From NCBI GenBank assembly GCA_963930185.1, contig CAWVLT010000016.1, forward strand, positions 128,879 to 192,878: DNA of 64,000 nt, read 5' to 3'. Below are positions 9,042 through 18,691 of the stretch, in pieces (positions within the stretch are counted from its first letter, which is position 1; each line of letters opens with the position of its first letter). Origin of the DNA: Coriobacteriia bacterium (GTDB taxonomy: Bacteria > Actinomycetota > Coriobacteriia > Coriobacteriales > UMGS124). The position numbers and the translations under genes were made by a program. The notes beneath the pieces were generated by a model, which made no database searches, was not told the DNA's origin, and was given only the letters and a program-made list of their open reading frames with translations.

Positions 9042-9461
9042 TCACGACGCCCCGTCTCGCGCCCTTCCAGGTGAAATCGCCACCAGACCCGCACCGTCAG
9101 CACCGCACCGTGCGTCAGAGGCCCCCGCGACCCCCTTCGGGCGATGCTCCTCACCCCACGTACAGAGCTGGTCGAGCACCGACATGAGCGATGAGCCCAG
9201 CTCGGTGAGAGAGTATTCCACCCTTGGAGGGATCTGGGGATACTCCCTGCGCATGATCAGGCCGTCACGCTCGAGCTCCTTGAGGTTGGCCGAGAGAGTG
9301 CGGTCGGCGATGCCGCCAAGGTAGCGGCGCATCTCATTGAAGCGCACCGGCTGAAACTCCATGAGGCAGTACAGGATCACCATCTTGTGCTTGCCCTGGA
9401 TAAGCGACATGGTGTAGCTGTAGCCAGTACCCTCATACCTCGACTCCGAGATGTCACCCAT
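9042..9461 (-). CDS. HxlR-family transcriptional regulator
   Basis: GKHKMVILYCLMEFQPVRFNEMRRYLGGIADRTLSANLKELERDGLIMRREYPQIPPRVEYSLTELG is the HxlR wHTH signature. ATG 9461 sits behind GGAGGAG. Confidence 0.85.
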   Translation of the reverse strand: MGDISESRYEGTGYSYTMSLIQGKHKMVILYCLMEFQPVRFNEMRRYLGGIADRTLSANLKELERDGLIMRREYPQIPPRVEYSLTELGSSLMSVLDQLCTWGEEHRPKGVAGASDARCGADGAGLVAISPGRARDGAS

Positions 9462-9523
9462 CGAGATCTCCTCCGCCCCCCGTCCGCAACCAACCCTGCC
9501 CACGTGGCAAGTACGCTTGCATT

Positions 9524-9542
9524 TAGGTAAGTACCTTACCTA
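9524..9542. promoter_or_regulatory. Candidate HxlR operator
   Basis: TAGGTAAG-TAC-CTTACCTA has perfect 8-bp arms. It lies in the AT-rich divergent region between the HxlR gene and the flavin reductase gene. Confidence 0.35.
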
Positions 9543-9619
9543 TAAATTAGTACTTATCATGACGCATGGATAGAAGGATACTACGAGATGCCATACATCA
9601 TCGCAGAGAAAGGACCACC

Positions 9620-10183
9620 ATGAAAAAGAGCCTCGGGGCCAAGGGCGAGCTGTTCCCGCAGTCGGTGTTCATCATCGCAAGCTACGGTGAGGACGGCACC
9701 CCCAACGCCATGAACGCCGCATGGGCCGGCGAGTGCAACAGCGATGAGATATGCTTCAACATCGGCGACCACCAGTCCACCGACAACATCATCGCCAGAC
9801 GGGCCTTCACCGTGGCGCCAGCAGACGCCGCCCACGTCGTCGAGGCCGACTACTTTGGCATCGCCACCGGCCGCAAGATCAACAAGGCCGAGGCGTCCAG
9901 GCTCACGTTCACCAAGTCCGACCACGTGGACGCCCCGGTGATCGAGGAGTTCCCCCTCACCATGGAGTGCGAGGTCGTGGCCATCCAGGACTGGGAGGAT
10001 GAGAAGCGCGTCGTTGGAAAGATCGTCAACGTGCTCGCCGACGAGTCGATCCTTGACGAACAGGGACGCGTCGACTTCGACAAGATGCGCCCCATCGTCT
10101 ACGATTCCACGCGTCGCGTCTACCGTGTGGTAGGCGAGGAGGTCGGCGGTGCCTGGAAGGCCGGGACGACGCTGATGAAGTAG
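9620..10183 (+). CDS. Flavin reductase-like FMN-binding split-barrel protein (flavoredoxin-like)
   Basis: MKKSLGAKGELFPQSVFIIASYGEDGTPNAMNAAWAGE...FTVAPADAAHVVEADYFGIATGRKINK fits the Flavin_Reduct pattern. ATG 9620 follows GAGAAAGGA. Divergent from the HxlR gene. Confidence 0.8.
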   Translation: MKKSLGAKGELFPQSVFIIASYGEDGTPNAMNAAWAGECNSDEICFNIGDHQSTDNIIARRAFTVAPADAAHVVEADYFGIATGRKINKAEASRLTFTKSDHVDAPVIEEFPLTMECEVVAIQDWEDEKRVVGKIVNVLADESILDEQGRVDFDKMRPIVYDSTRRVYRVVGEEVGGAWKAGTTLMK

Positions 10184-11042
10184 GCACTCGCGCGGGCGCG
10201 CGTCCGGACAAGGCGGGGTCCCGGCGGAGGTCCAGCATCATACGACGGCATCACACGCGACCAGATGACCGCGAGGATTGGACCCCGGCTTCCCGAGCCG
10301 CCTTCAAGGCATGGCTTTCTAGGCATGCATATGATCTGAACATGCCTGTAACGTTCGTCCCCCATGATCCAGCTAGACCTGAAACCTAGGAGCCTTGAAA
10401 GCCATAACCTCCTAGGTTTCCCAGGGAAACCCCGATTTAACCAGCGCCCTGCCCCAGGGTCCTGCGGGCTCCGCTTGACGTCGGAGCACCCCTCATCGCC
10501 GGCCGGGGGCGGCGCCCCCGCCGGCACCACGGGCGTCGGGCCGCAGGCCTCCGGCAACCGTCGAGCGCCTGCGGGCGACCAGCCACTCCACCCCCGAGAC
10601 TCAAGCTCTAAGCCGAACAGCATGGGCTGGCAGGCGCCCATCCGGGGCCTCGATTCTGCGTCGGAGGTTCCTTCGATGTCGGCTCTGATTATATCAAAAT
10701 CGCAGGCAGATATACATATTTTGGATTCTCCGGCACCTGCAAGACGACTGAGATGGGCCAGAGGTAAATCAAAGTTTCCCCAGGTTTTCCTAGGTCGCTT
10801 CCTGGGTTATTTCTCTCAGGGTCTTCCTGACACCGGCCGCGTTAGAAAGAACCTCAGAAGGTTCTGGCAGGAACGAGCGACGGATTGCCCGCAGCGAACA
10901 TGTTAGGATACATTTGAGAGCGCTGCCGCGCGGCGTGACGTTGCCATGCCGACGGCCGGCTGCCGGGACCTCGGCGCATGTCCGTCCGACAGACGTCGCA
11001 AGACAAGCAGGCAAAGTCCGGTCTGCAGAGAAGCAGGTGACC

Positions 11043-11768
<726 letters not shown>

Positions 11769-11815
11769 GACGCACCGGCCGCACGCACCGGGCGCAAAGA
11801 GGAAGGCAGCCTGCG

Positions 11816-14800
11816 ATGACAGACGAGGAATACAGAGGCAAGCACTTCGCGCCCCGCGTGGAGCCAGCCGACGCGACGGGCGACGAGGAGCCGCCCGCAA
11901 GCGAGTGGCACGACGACGTCTGGCCAACCGGCGAGCCGGGCAGTCTGCTCGACGGCGGGCCGCGTCGGGAAGGCGACCCCTCCCTCTCGGACGCCGCCCA
12001 CAAGGACGCGCCCGAGCACCCCGCAGGTTCTGGCAGCTCGAGCCGCCCAAGTCGACGGCACCGCAGGCGCACGCACGCCTTCCGCACGATGGTGCGCCGC
12101 ACCATCACCCTCAACTTCGCCCGCTTCATGGCGGTGTTCGGCATCGTCGCCATCGGTGCCGGCGTCTACGCGGGGCTGCGCATGTTCGTGCCCGACATGT
12201 ACGCCTCGGCGGATGCCTTCTTCGACCGGTACAACCTGGCAGACGTGCAGGTCTCCTCCACCGCCGGCCTCACCGACGATGACCTGGTGGCGATTCGCGA
12301 GTCCCCGGGCGTGCGCGGGGCAGCCGGCTCGCAGTCCTTCGAGATGAGTGTAACGCGCGGCGAGGGCGACGAGGCCGAGACGTTCGAGATCCAGGTGTCC
12401 GCCGTGCAGATGGACGATTACGAGGAGGCGCTCGAGGCGGCTGACGGGCTGGATGGCAACCAGTCCGCCGTGTCGCGCCCCTACCTCGTGGAGGGGCGCC
12501 TGCCACAGGCGGCCGACGAGATCGCCGTCTCCACCGCAGGTGACGGCTATGGCGGCGACATACGCGTGGGCGACGTGCTCACCGTGACCAGCGTGGTGGG
12601 GGCGAACTCGGTCGACGAGGTCCTCTCCGGGCAGACCTTCACCGTCGTGGGCCTGGTCCAGTCGCCCGAATGGCTCTCCCGCTCGACGAGCATCTCGCCC
12701 ACCTCGGGGGCGAGCATCACCAACAACGCCTACATCGACCTGGACGCCACCGCCAACCCCGACACGTACACCACGATATCGGCCACCGTCGAGGCCGCCT
12801 ATGGCCAGATGGCCTTCACCGACGCCTACGACGACGCGGTACGCCCCGTGATCGATGAGCTCAAGGAGCTGGCGCCCGAGCGGGAGCAGGCGCGCTTTGA
12901 CGATCTGCTCGCGCAGGCCGACGATGCCGCCAGCCAGGCGAGCAGCGCCATGGAGCAGGCAAGCGGCGCGCAGGACCAGGCGCAGGCGGGCATCGACGCC
13001 GCCACGCAGGCGCAGACCCAGGCGCGCGAGGCGCTCAACGAGCTTTCCCAGTACGACGAGGAGACCCTGGCAGCGCTGGGCCTCACCGAGCAGCGCGACG
13101 CGGCGCGGCAGGCCTTTAGCCAGGCGAGCGACGCCCTGCTGCAGGCGCAGGACGGCCGCGAGCAGGCCACCGAGGCATACGCCCAGGCGAGCGACGCCTA
13201 CCAGACAGCAGTCTCTGCCCGCGACGACCTGGCAGACCAGGGCGTGCAGCACTGGTACGTGGTGGGACGCGATGCCAGCCCCAGCTGCTATCTCTACAAG
13301 AGCACGGCGCTGCGCATGGAGCGCATCTGCCTCATCTTCCCGGTGTTCTTCTTCCTGGTGGCGGCCTTGGTGTGCCTCACCACCATCAGCCGCATGGTCG
13401 AGACCGACCGCGTGGAGATAGGCACGCTCAAGGCCCTGGGCTACGGGCCGGGGCGCATCGCCTGGAAGTACCTGGCGTTCTCCGGCGCCGCCTCGATCGG
13501 CGGGGCGGTCGTGGGCATCTGCGCGGGCGTCTTCACGCTGCCCATCGCCATCTGGACGCCCTACTCGCGCATGTACATAGACTTCCCCTATCTCATGGGA
13601 TTCCACCAGCCCGACTGCCTCATCGCCCTGGGCGTCTCGGTAGGGCTAGCCCTGCTCACCACGCTGGTGGCCGTGCGCCGCACGCTGCGCGAGTCGGCCG
13701 CGTCCCTCTTGCTGCCGCCCGCTCCCAAGGGAGGCAGGCGCATCATGCTCGAGCATGTGAAGCCCCTGTGGCGGCGCCTCTCCTTCTCGCAGAAGGTCAC
13801 CGCGCGCAACGTCTTTCGCTACAAGAAGCGCATGGTCATGACCATCGTGGGCGTGGCGGGCTGCACGGGGCTGGTGCTCACCGGCTTTGGCATCCAGAAC
13901 AAGCTCGACGGCTTCGTGCAGGCGCAGTACGGCGGCATCTACACCTACGACGTGATGGTGAACTTCGACGCCGACGCCGGCGTCGCGACGTCCGACTCCC
14001 CGCTCACCCAGGCGCTCAATGACGAGCTCGGACCCGAGATGGCCGGCGCGGAAGGACAGGGTACCTCGGACGCCGACGGCGCATGGAGCTACTTCGTCAA
14101 GCAGGCCGCGATCGCTGAGAACCCAGGGGGCGACCCCTCGCGGATCCCCTTCGGCATCGGGGGCAGGCTCGACCAGACCGGAGGCTCGGTGCAGGCCGAG
14201 ATGCGCGACGGCCGCAGCGACCGCGCAAGCGAGGAGGGCTCCGGCATCCTGCGCGACGTGACCGTCTACGTGCCGCAGCACACGGGGCAGGACCTCATCC
14301 TCATCGACGACTACCAGAGCGGCGCGCGCCTGGAGCTCCCACAGGAAGGTGCCGTCATCACCGAACGCCTGGCCGAGCAGCTCATGGTGGGCGTGGGCGA
14401 CAGCATCGGGCTCTCGTTCTCGGCCGATGACGAGCCCGTGAGCGTGCGCGTCACCGGCATCATGCGCAACCTGGTGGGCCACGGCGTGTACATGAGCCCG
14501 CAGGCATATGAGGCCGCCTTTGGCGAGGCGCCCACCTACAACATGGCGCTGGGGCACAACGTCCGCGCTACCGCGCAGGACGAGCTGGTCAGCACCCTTG
14601 CGGAGTCCGACCCTGCCGTGCAAAGCGTGAGCGTTCCCGCCGACGAGTCAGGCCGATACGAGGACATCGCCAAGAGCCTCAACAGCATCGTGCTGATCAT
14701 CCTGGTGGTGTCGGGGCTGCTCGCGTTCATCGTGGTGTACGCACTCACCGAGATCAACATCGAGGAGCGCCGCCGCGAGATCGCCACGCTCAAGGTGCTG

Positions 14801-15079
14801 GGCTTCACCAAGCGCGAGGTGCGCGGCTACGTGTACCGCGAGACCTACCTGCTCGTGGCGATCGGCATCCTGTGCGGCCTGCCCTTTGGCATGTGGCTGT
14901 GCACGTTCGTAATGCGTGCGGCGGAGTTTGACAACGTCATCTTCTTCCGCACGCTCGATCCCGCATGCTACCTGTTCGCGGCCGTGCTCACGGCACTGTT
15001 CGCCTACGTGGTGACCCTGGCGATGCGCAGGCGCCTGGCCAGCATCGACATGGCGAGCTCGCTGAAGTCGGTGGAGTAG
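11816..15079 (+). CDS. Large ABC transporter permease with two FtsX domains and a coiled-coil extracytoplasmic insert
   Basis: About 1087 aa from ATG 11816. An acidic N-terminal tail is followed by TM helices flanking large loops. A Q/A-rich coiled coil occupies about 12880-13230. Two FtsX-type C-terminal modules are present (IGTLKALGY..., IATLKVLGFTKREV...). Follows the ATPase gene. Confidence 0.85.
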   Translation: MTDEEYRGKHFAPRVEPADATGDEEPPASEWHDDVWPTGEPGSLLDGGPRREGDPSLSDAAHKDAPEHPAGSGSSSRPSRRHRRRTHAFRTMVRRTITLNFARFMAVFGIVAIGAGVYAGLRMFVPDMYASADAFFDRYNLADVQVSSTAGLTDDDLVAIRESPGVRGAAGSQSFEMSVTRGEGDEAETFEIQVSAVQMDDYEEALEAADGLDGNQSAVSRPYLVEGRLPQAADEIAVSTAGDGYGGDIRVGDVLTVTSVVGANSVDEVLSGQTFTVVGLVQSPEWLSRSTSISPTSGASITNNAYIDLDATANPDTYTTISATVEAAYGQMAFTDAYDDAVRPVIDELKELAPEREQARFDDLLAQADDAASQASSAMEQASGAQDQAQAGIDAATQAQTQAREALNELSQYDEETLAALGLTEQRDAARQAFSQASDALLQAQDGREQATEAYAQASDAYQTAVSARDDLADQGVQHWYVVGRDASPSCYLYKSTALRMERICLIFPVFFFLVAALVCLTTISRMVETDRVEIGTLKALGYGPGRIAWKYLAFSGAASIGGAVVGICAGVFTLPIAIWTPYSRMYIDFPYLMGFHQPDCLIALGVSVGLALLTTLVAVRRTLRESAASLLLPPAPKGGRRIMLEHVKPLWRRLSFSQKVTARNVFRYKKRMVMTIVGVAGCTGLVLTGFGIQNKLDGFVQAQYGGIYTYDVMVNFDADAGVATSDSPLTQALNDELGPEMAGAEGQGTSDADGAWSYFVKQAAIAENPGGDPSRIPFGIGGRLDQTGGSVQAEMRDGRSDRASEEGSGILRDVTVYVPQHTGQDLILIDDYQSGARLELPQEGAVITERLAEQLMVGVGDSIGLSFSADDEPVSVRVTGIMRNLVGHGVYMSPQAYEAAFGEAPTYNMALGHNVRATAQDELVSTLAESDPAVQSVSVPADESGRYEDIAKSLNSIVLIILVVSGLLAFIVVYALTEINIEERRREIATLKVLGFTKREVRGYVYRETYLLVAIGILCGLPFGMWLCTFVMRAAEFDNVIFFRTLDPACYLFAAVLTALFAYVVTLAMRRRLASIDMASSLKSVE

Positions 15080-15115
15080 CGAGCAGCGTTGCAGCACCCA
15101 GCGAGGCAGGCGGCG

Positions 15116-15177
15116 GGGGCAAATATTCGGTCATTTTGAGGCCTCGAAGTGCCCGAAAGTGTCCGGATATTTGCCCC
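15116..15177. repeat. REP-like imperfect palindrome (family copy 1) after the permease stop
   Basis: GGGGCAAATATTCGGTCA ...26 nt... TGTCCGGATATTTGCCCC, with 16 of 18 arm positions complementary. It shares the TCGGWCA / GTCCGRATA inner arms with the copies at 28302 and 61991. Confidence 0.6.
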
Positions 15178-15258
15178 GAGCATGTTCTACCGAGCGTGTT
15201 CTAACTGCTGCGAGCACGCTTCTCGTTCCCATGGGCACATGATCCCGGGCAGGCGCGC

Positions 15259-16689
15259 CTACCCGAGCCTCCCATAGAGATCATCCAGCGTCACGATGCG
15301 CAGATCATCACGCGCCAGGGCCTTCGCATGCGTCCCCTCGCTCACGTCCCTCTTCGTGAAGAGGGCGTAATAGCACCTGGTGAAACCCTTCAGCAGCGTT
15401 GAGCGATGCTCGAGGGCCTCGATTGCGGCGCTCTCGTCAAACGAATTGCGCCACTTGCACTCGCCGACAAGGACCTTCCTCTCCGCCCTGTTCGCAGCGA
15501 CCACGTCGATGTCGGTCTCTTCTCGGGCCTGGGGGTCATTCCCCCACCACCGTCCAAACTCCAACGCGGCGAACGGGAGCCTGCCGGCGACGCTCTCCCG
15601 GCGAACCCACTGCAGGCACAGGCGTTCGAACTGCCCACCGACATACGTCGCTAACGCCTGTCCCGAAGTCGCATACCCCGCAACCGTGCTACCCGCGCCT
15701 TCCTCGATCGACCCAAGGTACCTGCTCACGAAGCGATACCAGTACGCAAAGAACGGATCCCTGATCTGATACCGTGCGTTGCGTGAGGTCGAGCTCTCTC
15801 CGAGCGGAGCGGTCCTTTCGATTATCCCAAGGGAGACGAGCGTCTTCAGGTACTTGCCGACCGAGTTCGAGTTCACCCCCGCCCGTTCGGCAATCTTCGA
15901 GGGCATGGTATTCCCCGCACCGATTGCATCGAGGATAGAGTTGTACTGCGCAGGCTCGCGAAGCTCCTGGCGCAGCAGCATGAGGGGCTCTTCGTAAAGC
16001 ATCCCCGTGGTGTCAAAGAGAAGCAAGCGCACGTTCTCCTCGTACGTCACCCCCAAGTCAATCTGAGACAGGTAGTACGGCGTTCCGCCAAAGGTGGCAT
16101 AGTAGACCGGTAGCTCCTCGACCGGCACGCCAGGAAGCATGCGAGCGGCGTCAAGATAGTCGAATGGCTTGAGTCGAATCTGCAACGTCCGGCGCCCATA
16201 GAGCGGGCTCTTTCCGCCAAGCACCTCGCTTTCCATGAAGCCCTGGTTGCTTCCGCAAAGAATGAGCTTTACGCTCGTCTGCTTGAACCCGTGATCGATG
16301 GCAGACTGGAGGGCAGATGGCAGGGATGGCTCAGCCTCGGCGGCATAGGGGAACTCATCGAAGACAAAGACAAGAGGGGCAGCCGTCGGCTCGGACTCTA
16401 CCTGCCTGACCACAAATGCAAGGGCATCGTTCCAAGACGAGAAGGCCGGCAGAGAGGACGGCAGTCCAAAAGTAGAGTAGACGGCGTTGCTGAAGAGTTC
16501 GAGGTTCTGGCGAGACGTCTTTTGCTGAGCTGTGAAGTAGAGCGTCCTCTTGTCCTTCACGAACTCGTCGATAAGCGTCGTCTTCCCAACACGACGCCTA
16601 CCGTAGATAACCGCCATCTGGAAATCGCGCTTTGCGTACATGCGGTCGAGCACCGCAAGCTCTTTTTCGCGTCCAACGAACATGGCCAT
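15259..16689 (-). CDS. AAA-type ATPase with C-terminal DUF234 domain (archaeal-ATPase family)
   Basis: MFVGREKELAVLDRMY...MAVIYGRRRVGKTTLIDEF carries the Walker A motif and VFVFDEFPY the Walker B motif. The C-terminal part ends in a nuclease-like EETDIDVVA...VLVGECKW motif typical of DUF234. Confidence 0.8.
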   Translation of the reverse strand: MAMFVGREKELAVLDRMYAKRDFQMAVIYGRRRVGKTTLIDEFVKDKRTLYFTAQQKTSRQNLELFSNAVYSTFGLPSSLPAFSSWNDALAFVVRQVESEPTAAPLVFVFDEFPYAAEAEPSLPSALQSAIDHGFKQTSVKLILCGSNQGFMESEVLGGKSPLYGRRTLQIRLKPFDYLDAARMLPGVPVEELPVYYATFGGTPYYLSQIDLGVTYEENVRLLLFDTTGMLYEEPLMLLRQELREPAQYNSILDAIGAGNTMPSKIAERAGVNSNSVGKYLKTLVSLGIIERTAPLGESSTSRNARYQIRDPFFAYWYRFVSRYLGSIEEGAGSTVAGYATSGQALATYVGGQFERLCLQWVRRESVAGRLPFAALEFGRWWGNDPQAREETDIDVVAANRAERKVLVGECKWRNSFDESAAIEALEHRSTLLKGFTRCYYALFTKRDVSEGTHAKALARDDLRIVTLDDLYGRLG

Positions 16690-16697
16690 CCCATCAA

Positions 16698-16745
16698 CCG
16701 TACCCTACAGTACCGTACTCTAGAGTACGGTACTGTAGGGTACGG
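16698..16745. repeat. Perfect 48-bp palindrome
   Basis: CCGTACCCTACAGTACCGTACTCT|AGAGTACGGTACTGTAGGGTACGG, which I checked base by base to equal its own reverse complement. It contains the LuxR-B stop codon and ends 9 nt before the DUF234 ATPase start codon. Confidence 0.9.
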
Positions 16746-18360
16746 AGTCAAGAGCAGAATGTCCCCGTCCGACGCTAGGCGCCTCCATCGCTACCTGCCT
16801 CAGTTCACCTTGCGCCTCGCCCTGGGCCACGCCTGGCGATTCTCCGCCATCGAACGCCGCCTGCTCCACGAGGTCGATCAGCTCCTGCTGGGAGTGCACG
16901 CCCAGCTTGCGGTAGATGTGCCGCGCATGCGACTTCACGGTGTTGTAGCTCACGGTGAGCATGTCCTGGATGCGCTTGCCGCTGTATCCGTAGGTGAGCA
17001 GGCGCATCACCTCGCGCTCGCGATCGGTCACCCCATGCTCGCCGGCGAGGCGCACGCACGCCCGCTCGATGAGTTCCTCGCGCGAGGGCGCCATCTCGGT
17101 CGCCTGGATCTCGCGGGCCGGCACGACGCCCAGAATGGTCTGCTCGAAGGTGAATCCGCGCAGACCGACCAGCACGTAGGCAAACACGGCAAGGGCAACC
17201 ACGAGGGTCACATGGGAGGCAATGCCGGGATGCGTCCCGACGAGGCCGTTGAACGCATGTCCGCTGTCCGCGCCCGCCAGAAGCCCCAGGCTCTGGGCGA
17301 TGCTCCCACAAGCAAGGACGTAGACCGAGCCAACGGGGTTACGCCGACACAGCGCCGCAAGAGACACCCACAGAAGCACCGAAAAGCCCGCGCTACCCGC
17401 GCCAAGCAGGCCATTGGGCAAAAACTCGGGAACATGCGGCACGGCAATGGTGGCGAGTAGCCCGCCCATCATGAAGACAGCCGCCACAGCGAACAGGCCG
17501 TCTTCTGGCCGGCCCTTCTTGTGGTTCGCAATAAACAGCCACGCCGTGATGAGCGCGAGCACAACAAGTGGCAGCACGGTGGACATGGGCGTGTGTTGGT
17601 CATCGTTGAACGAGAGGGCAAGCCCGTAGGAGCCGGAGAATATGAAGATAAGCACGAACACCTGGTGAAACGGCGCCAGATACGAGCGAGGGTTCGCCAC
17701 GGCAAGATCGGTCACCACCCGGCTGTGCTCGACAAGACCCAGCGTGGGCCGGACGTAGCGCCACAGCAGGACATAGGGCACGATGCCCAGAATCACCGAG
17801 AGCACAAGTGCAACCACATAGCCAGGGACGGGCAGCAGCGTGATCAGCAGCTGGCTCACAAGCATGCTGCACGCCACCGTCACCACGGAGGTACGCTCGG
17901 GAGTGACGACAGCCAGCGCGATCCCAACAAAGTAGAAGACGAGCACGCCACCTGCGGAGCGCAGGACGTGGCCCACCGCCACCAGGATGGGATCGGCCGA
18001 CCACAGCCCCAGGATCAGCAGACCGGCAAGCGTGCCTGCAACGGAGGCGACCAGCGCCGGCCGGGGCCGCAGCGCCGACGGTCGGCGCAGAACAAGCAGG
18101 ATGATCACGAGCCCGAGCAGCGGGTGGACGAGCGTCTGGAACTCGCGGGCAAGCGGGCACACCGCGCTCGTCACGGGAAAGATGGCGTAGTTCAGGACCC
18201 ACGTGCGCAGCTGCGACATCACCAGGGCCAGGCCGCACACGACAGAGGCGGCACCCTGCCCCGCGGCCAAGTCGCGCCACCGCACCCCCACGGCGCCGCG
18301 CCCATCGCCGCCACCATCGGGGCGTCGGTCGTGTCCGTCTCGGGCCTCACCCATCGTCAT
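16720..18360 (-). CDS. Multi-TM LuxR-family transcriptional regulator (LuxR-B)
   Basis: About 10 hydrophobic helices are followed by a C-terminal GerE/LuxR HTH: DREREVMRLLTYGYSGKRIQDMLTVSYNTVKSHARHIYRKLGVHSQQELIDLV. ATG 18360 sits behind GAGGGAGG. Divergent from reductase B. Confidence 0.85.
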   Translation of the reverse strand: MTMGEARDGHDRRPDGGGDGRGAVGVRWRDLAAGQGAASVVCGLALVMSQLRTWVLNYAIFPVTSAVCPLAREFQTLVHPLLGLVIILLVLRRPSALRPRPALVASVAGTLAGLLILGLWSADPILVAVGHVLRSAGGVLVFYFVGIALAVVTPERTSVVTVACSMLVSQLLITLLPVPGYVVALVLSVILGIVPYVLLWRYVRPTLGLVEHSRVVTDLAVANPRSYLAPFHQVFVLIFIFSGSYGLALSFNDDQHTPMSTVLPLVVLALITAWLFIANHKKGRPEDGLFAVAAVFMMGGLLATIAVPHVPEFLPNGLLGAGSAGFSVLLWVSLAALCRRNPVGSVYVLACGSIAQSLGLLAGADSGHAFNGLVGTHPGIASHVTLVVALAVFAYVLVGLRGFTFEQTILGVVPAREIQATEMAPSREELIERACVRLAGEHGVTDREREVMRLLTYGYSGKRIQDMLTVSYNTVKSHARHIYRKLGVHSQQELIDLVEQAAFDGGESPGVAQGEAQGELRQVAMEAPSVGRGHSALDSVPYSTVL

Positions 18361-18691
18361 CAGCCTCCCTCGGCATCCCGCGAAGCACACTATGTCAGCG
18401 CGTCTCCACATGACAAGCATACACAAACCCTCGTGGCAACTGCATAGACAACACCACTACAACACCTTTCACCTGCGAAACCCATAGAAGCCTACCTAGG
18501 GGGTGATGGCCTGGGCGCACCGAACTCGAGTGCCTACCTGCGGGGTGATGACCCATCTCGCGGAGCCGGCGTATTGTGCGACTCGTCACGCCCGGCCGCC
18601 CCGCGTGACTCGCATGCCTGACAGTTCGCATGCGTGCATAGTGGGGCAGTCGAGTTGCACGGGCACGATCAATCCAAGAAAGGAAGCCTGT

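Noticed and set aside
10120-10906. ORFs of 173 aa (-) and 180 aa (+) in the gap upstream of the ABC operon
   Set aside because: They are Pro/Arg/Gly-rich with no RBS or motif, and they cross several hairpins. I treated the region as non-coding.
12880-13230. Apparent tandem-repeat DNA (GCGCAGGC/CAGGCG-rich)
   Set aside because: It lies inside the permease reading frame and encodes a Q/A-rich coiled coil. This is low-complexity coding sequence with no exact repeat unit, not a satellite or CRISPR-like array.
18503-18691. N-terminal extensions of track ORFs, including 18503, 30136, 34027, 35891, 47662, 49182, 50629, 54753, 3952, 10914, 9566 and 25029
   Set aside because: In each case an internal ATG or GTG with a good Shine-Dalgarno sits just before a signal peptide or conserved N-terminus. 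The upstream codons overlap neighbouring genes or regulatory RNA, so I moved the starts accordingly.
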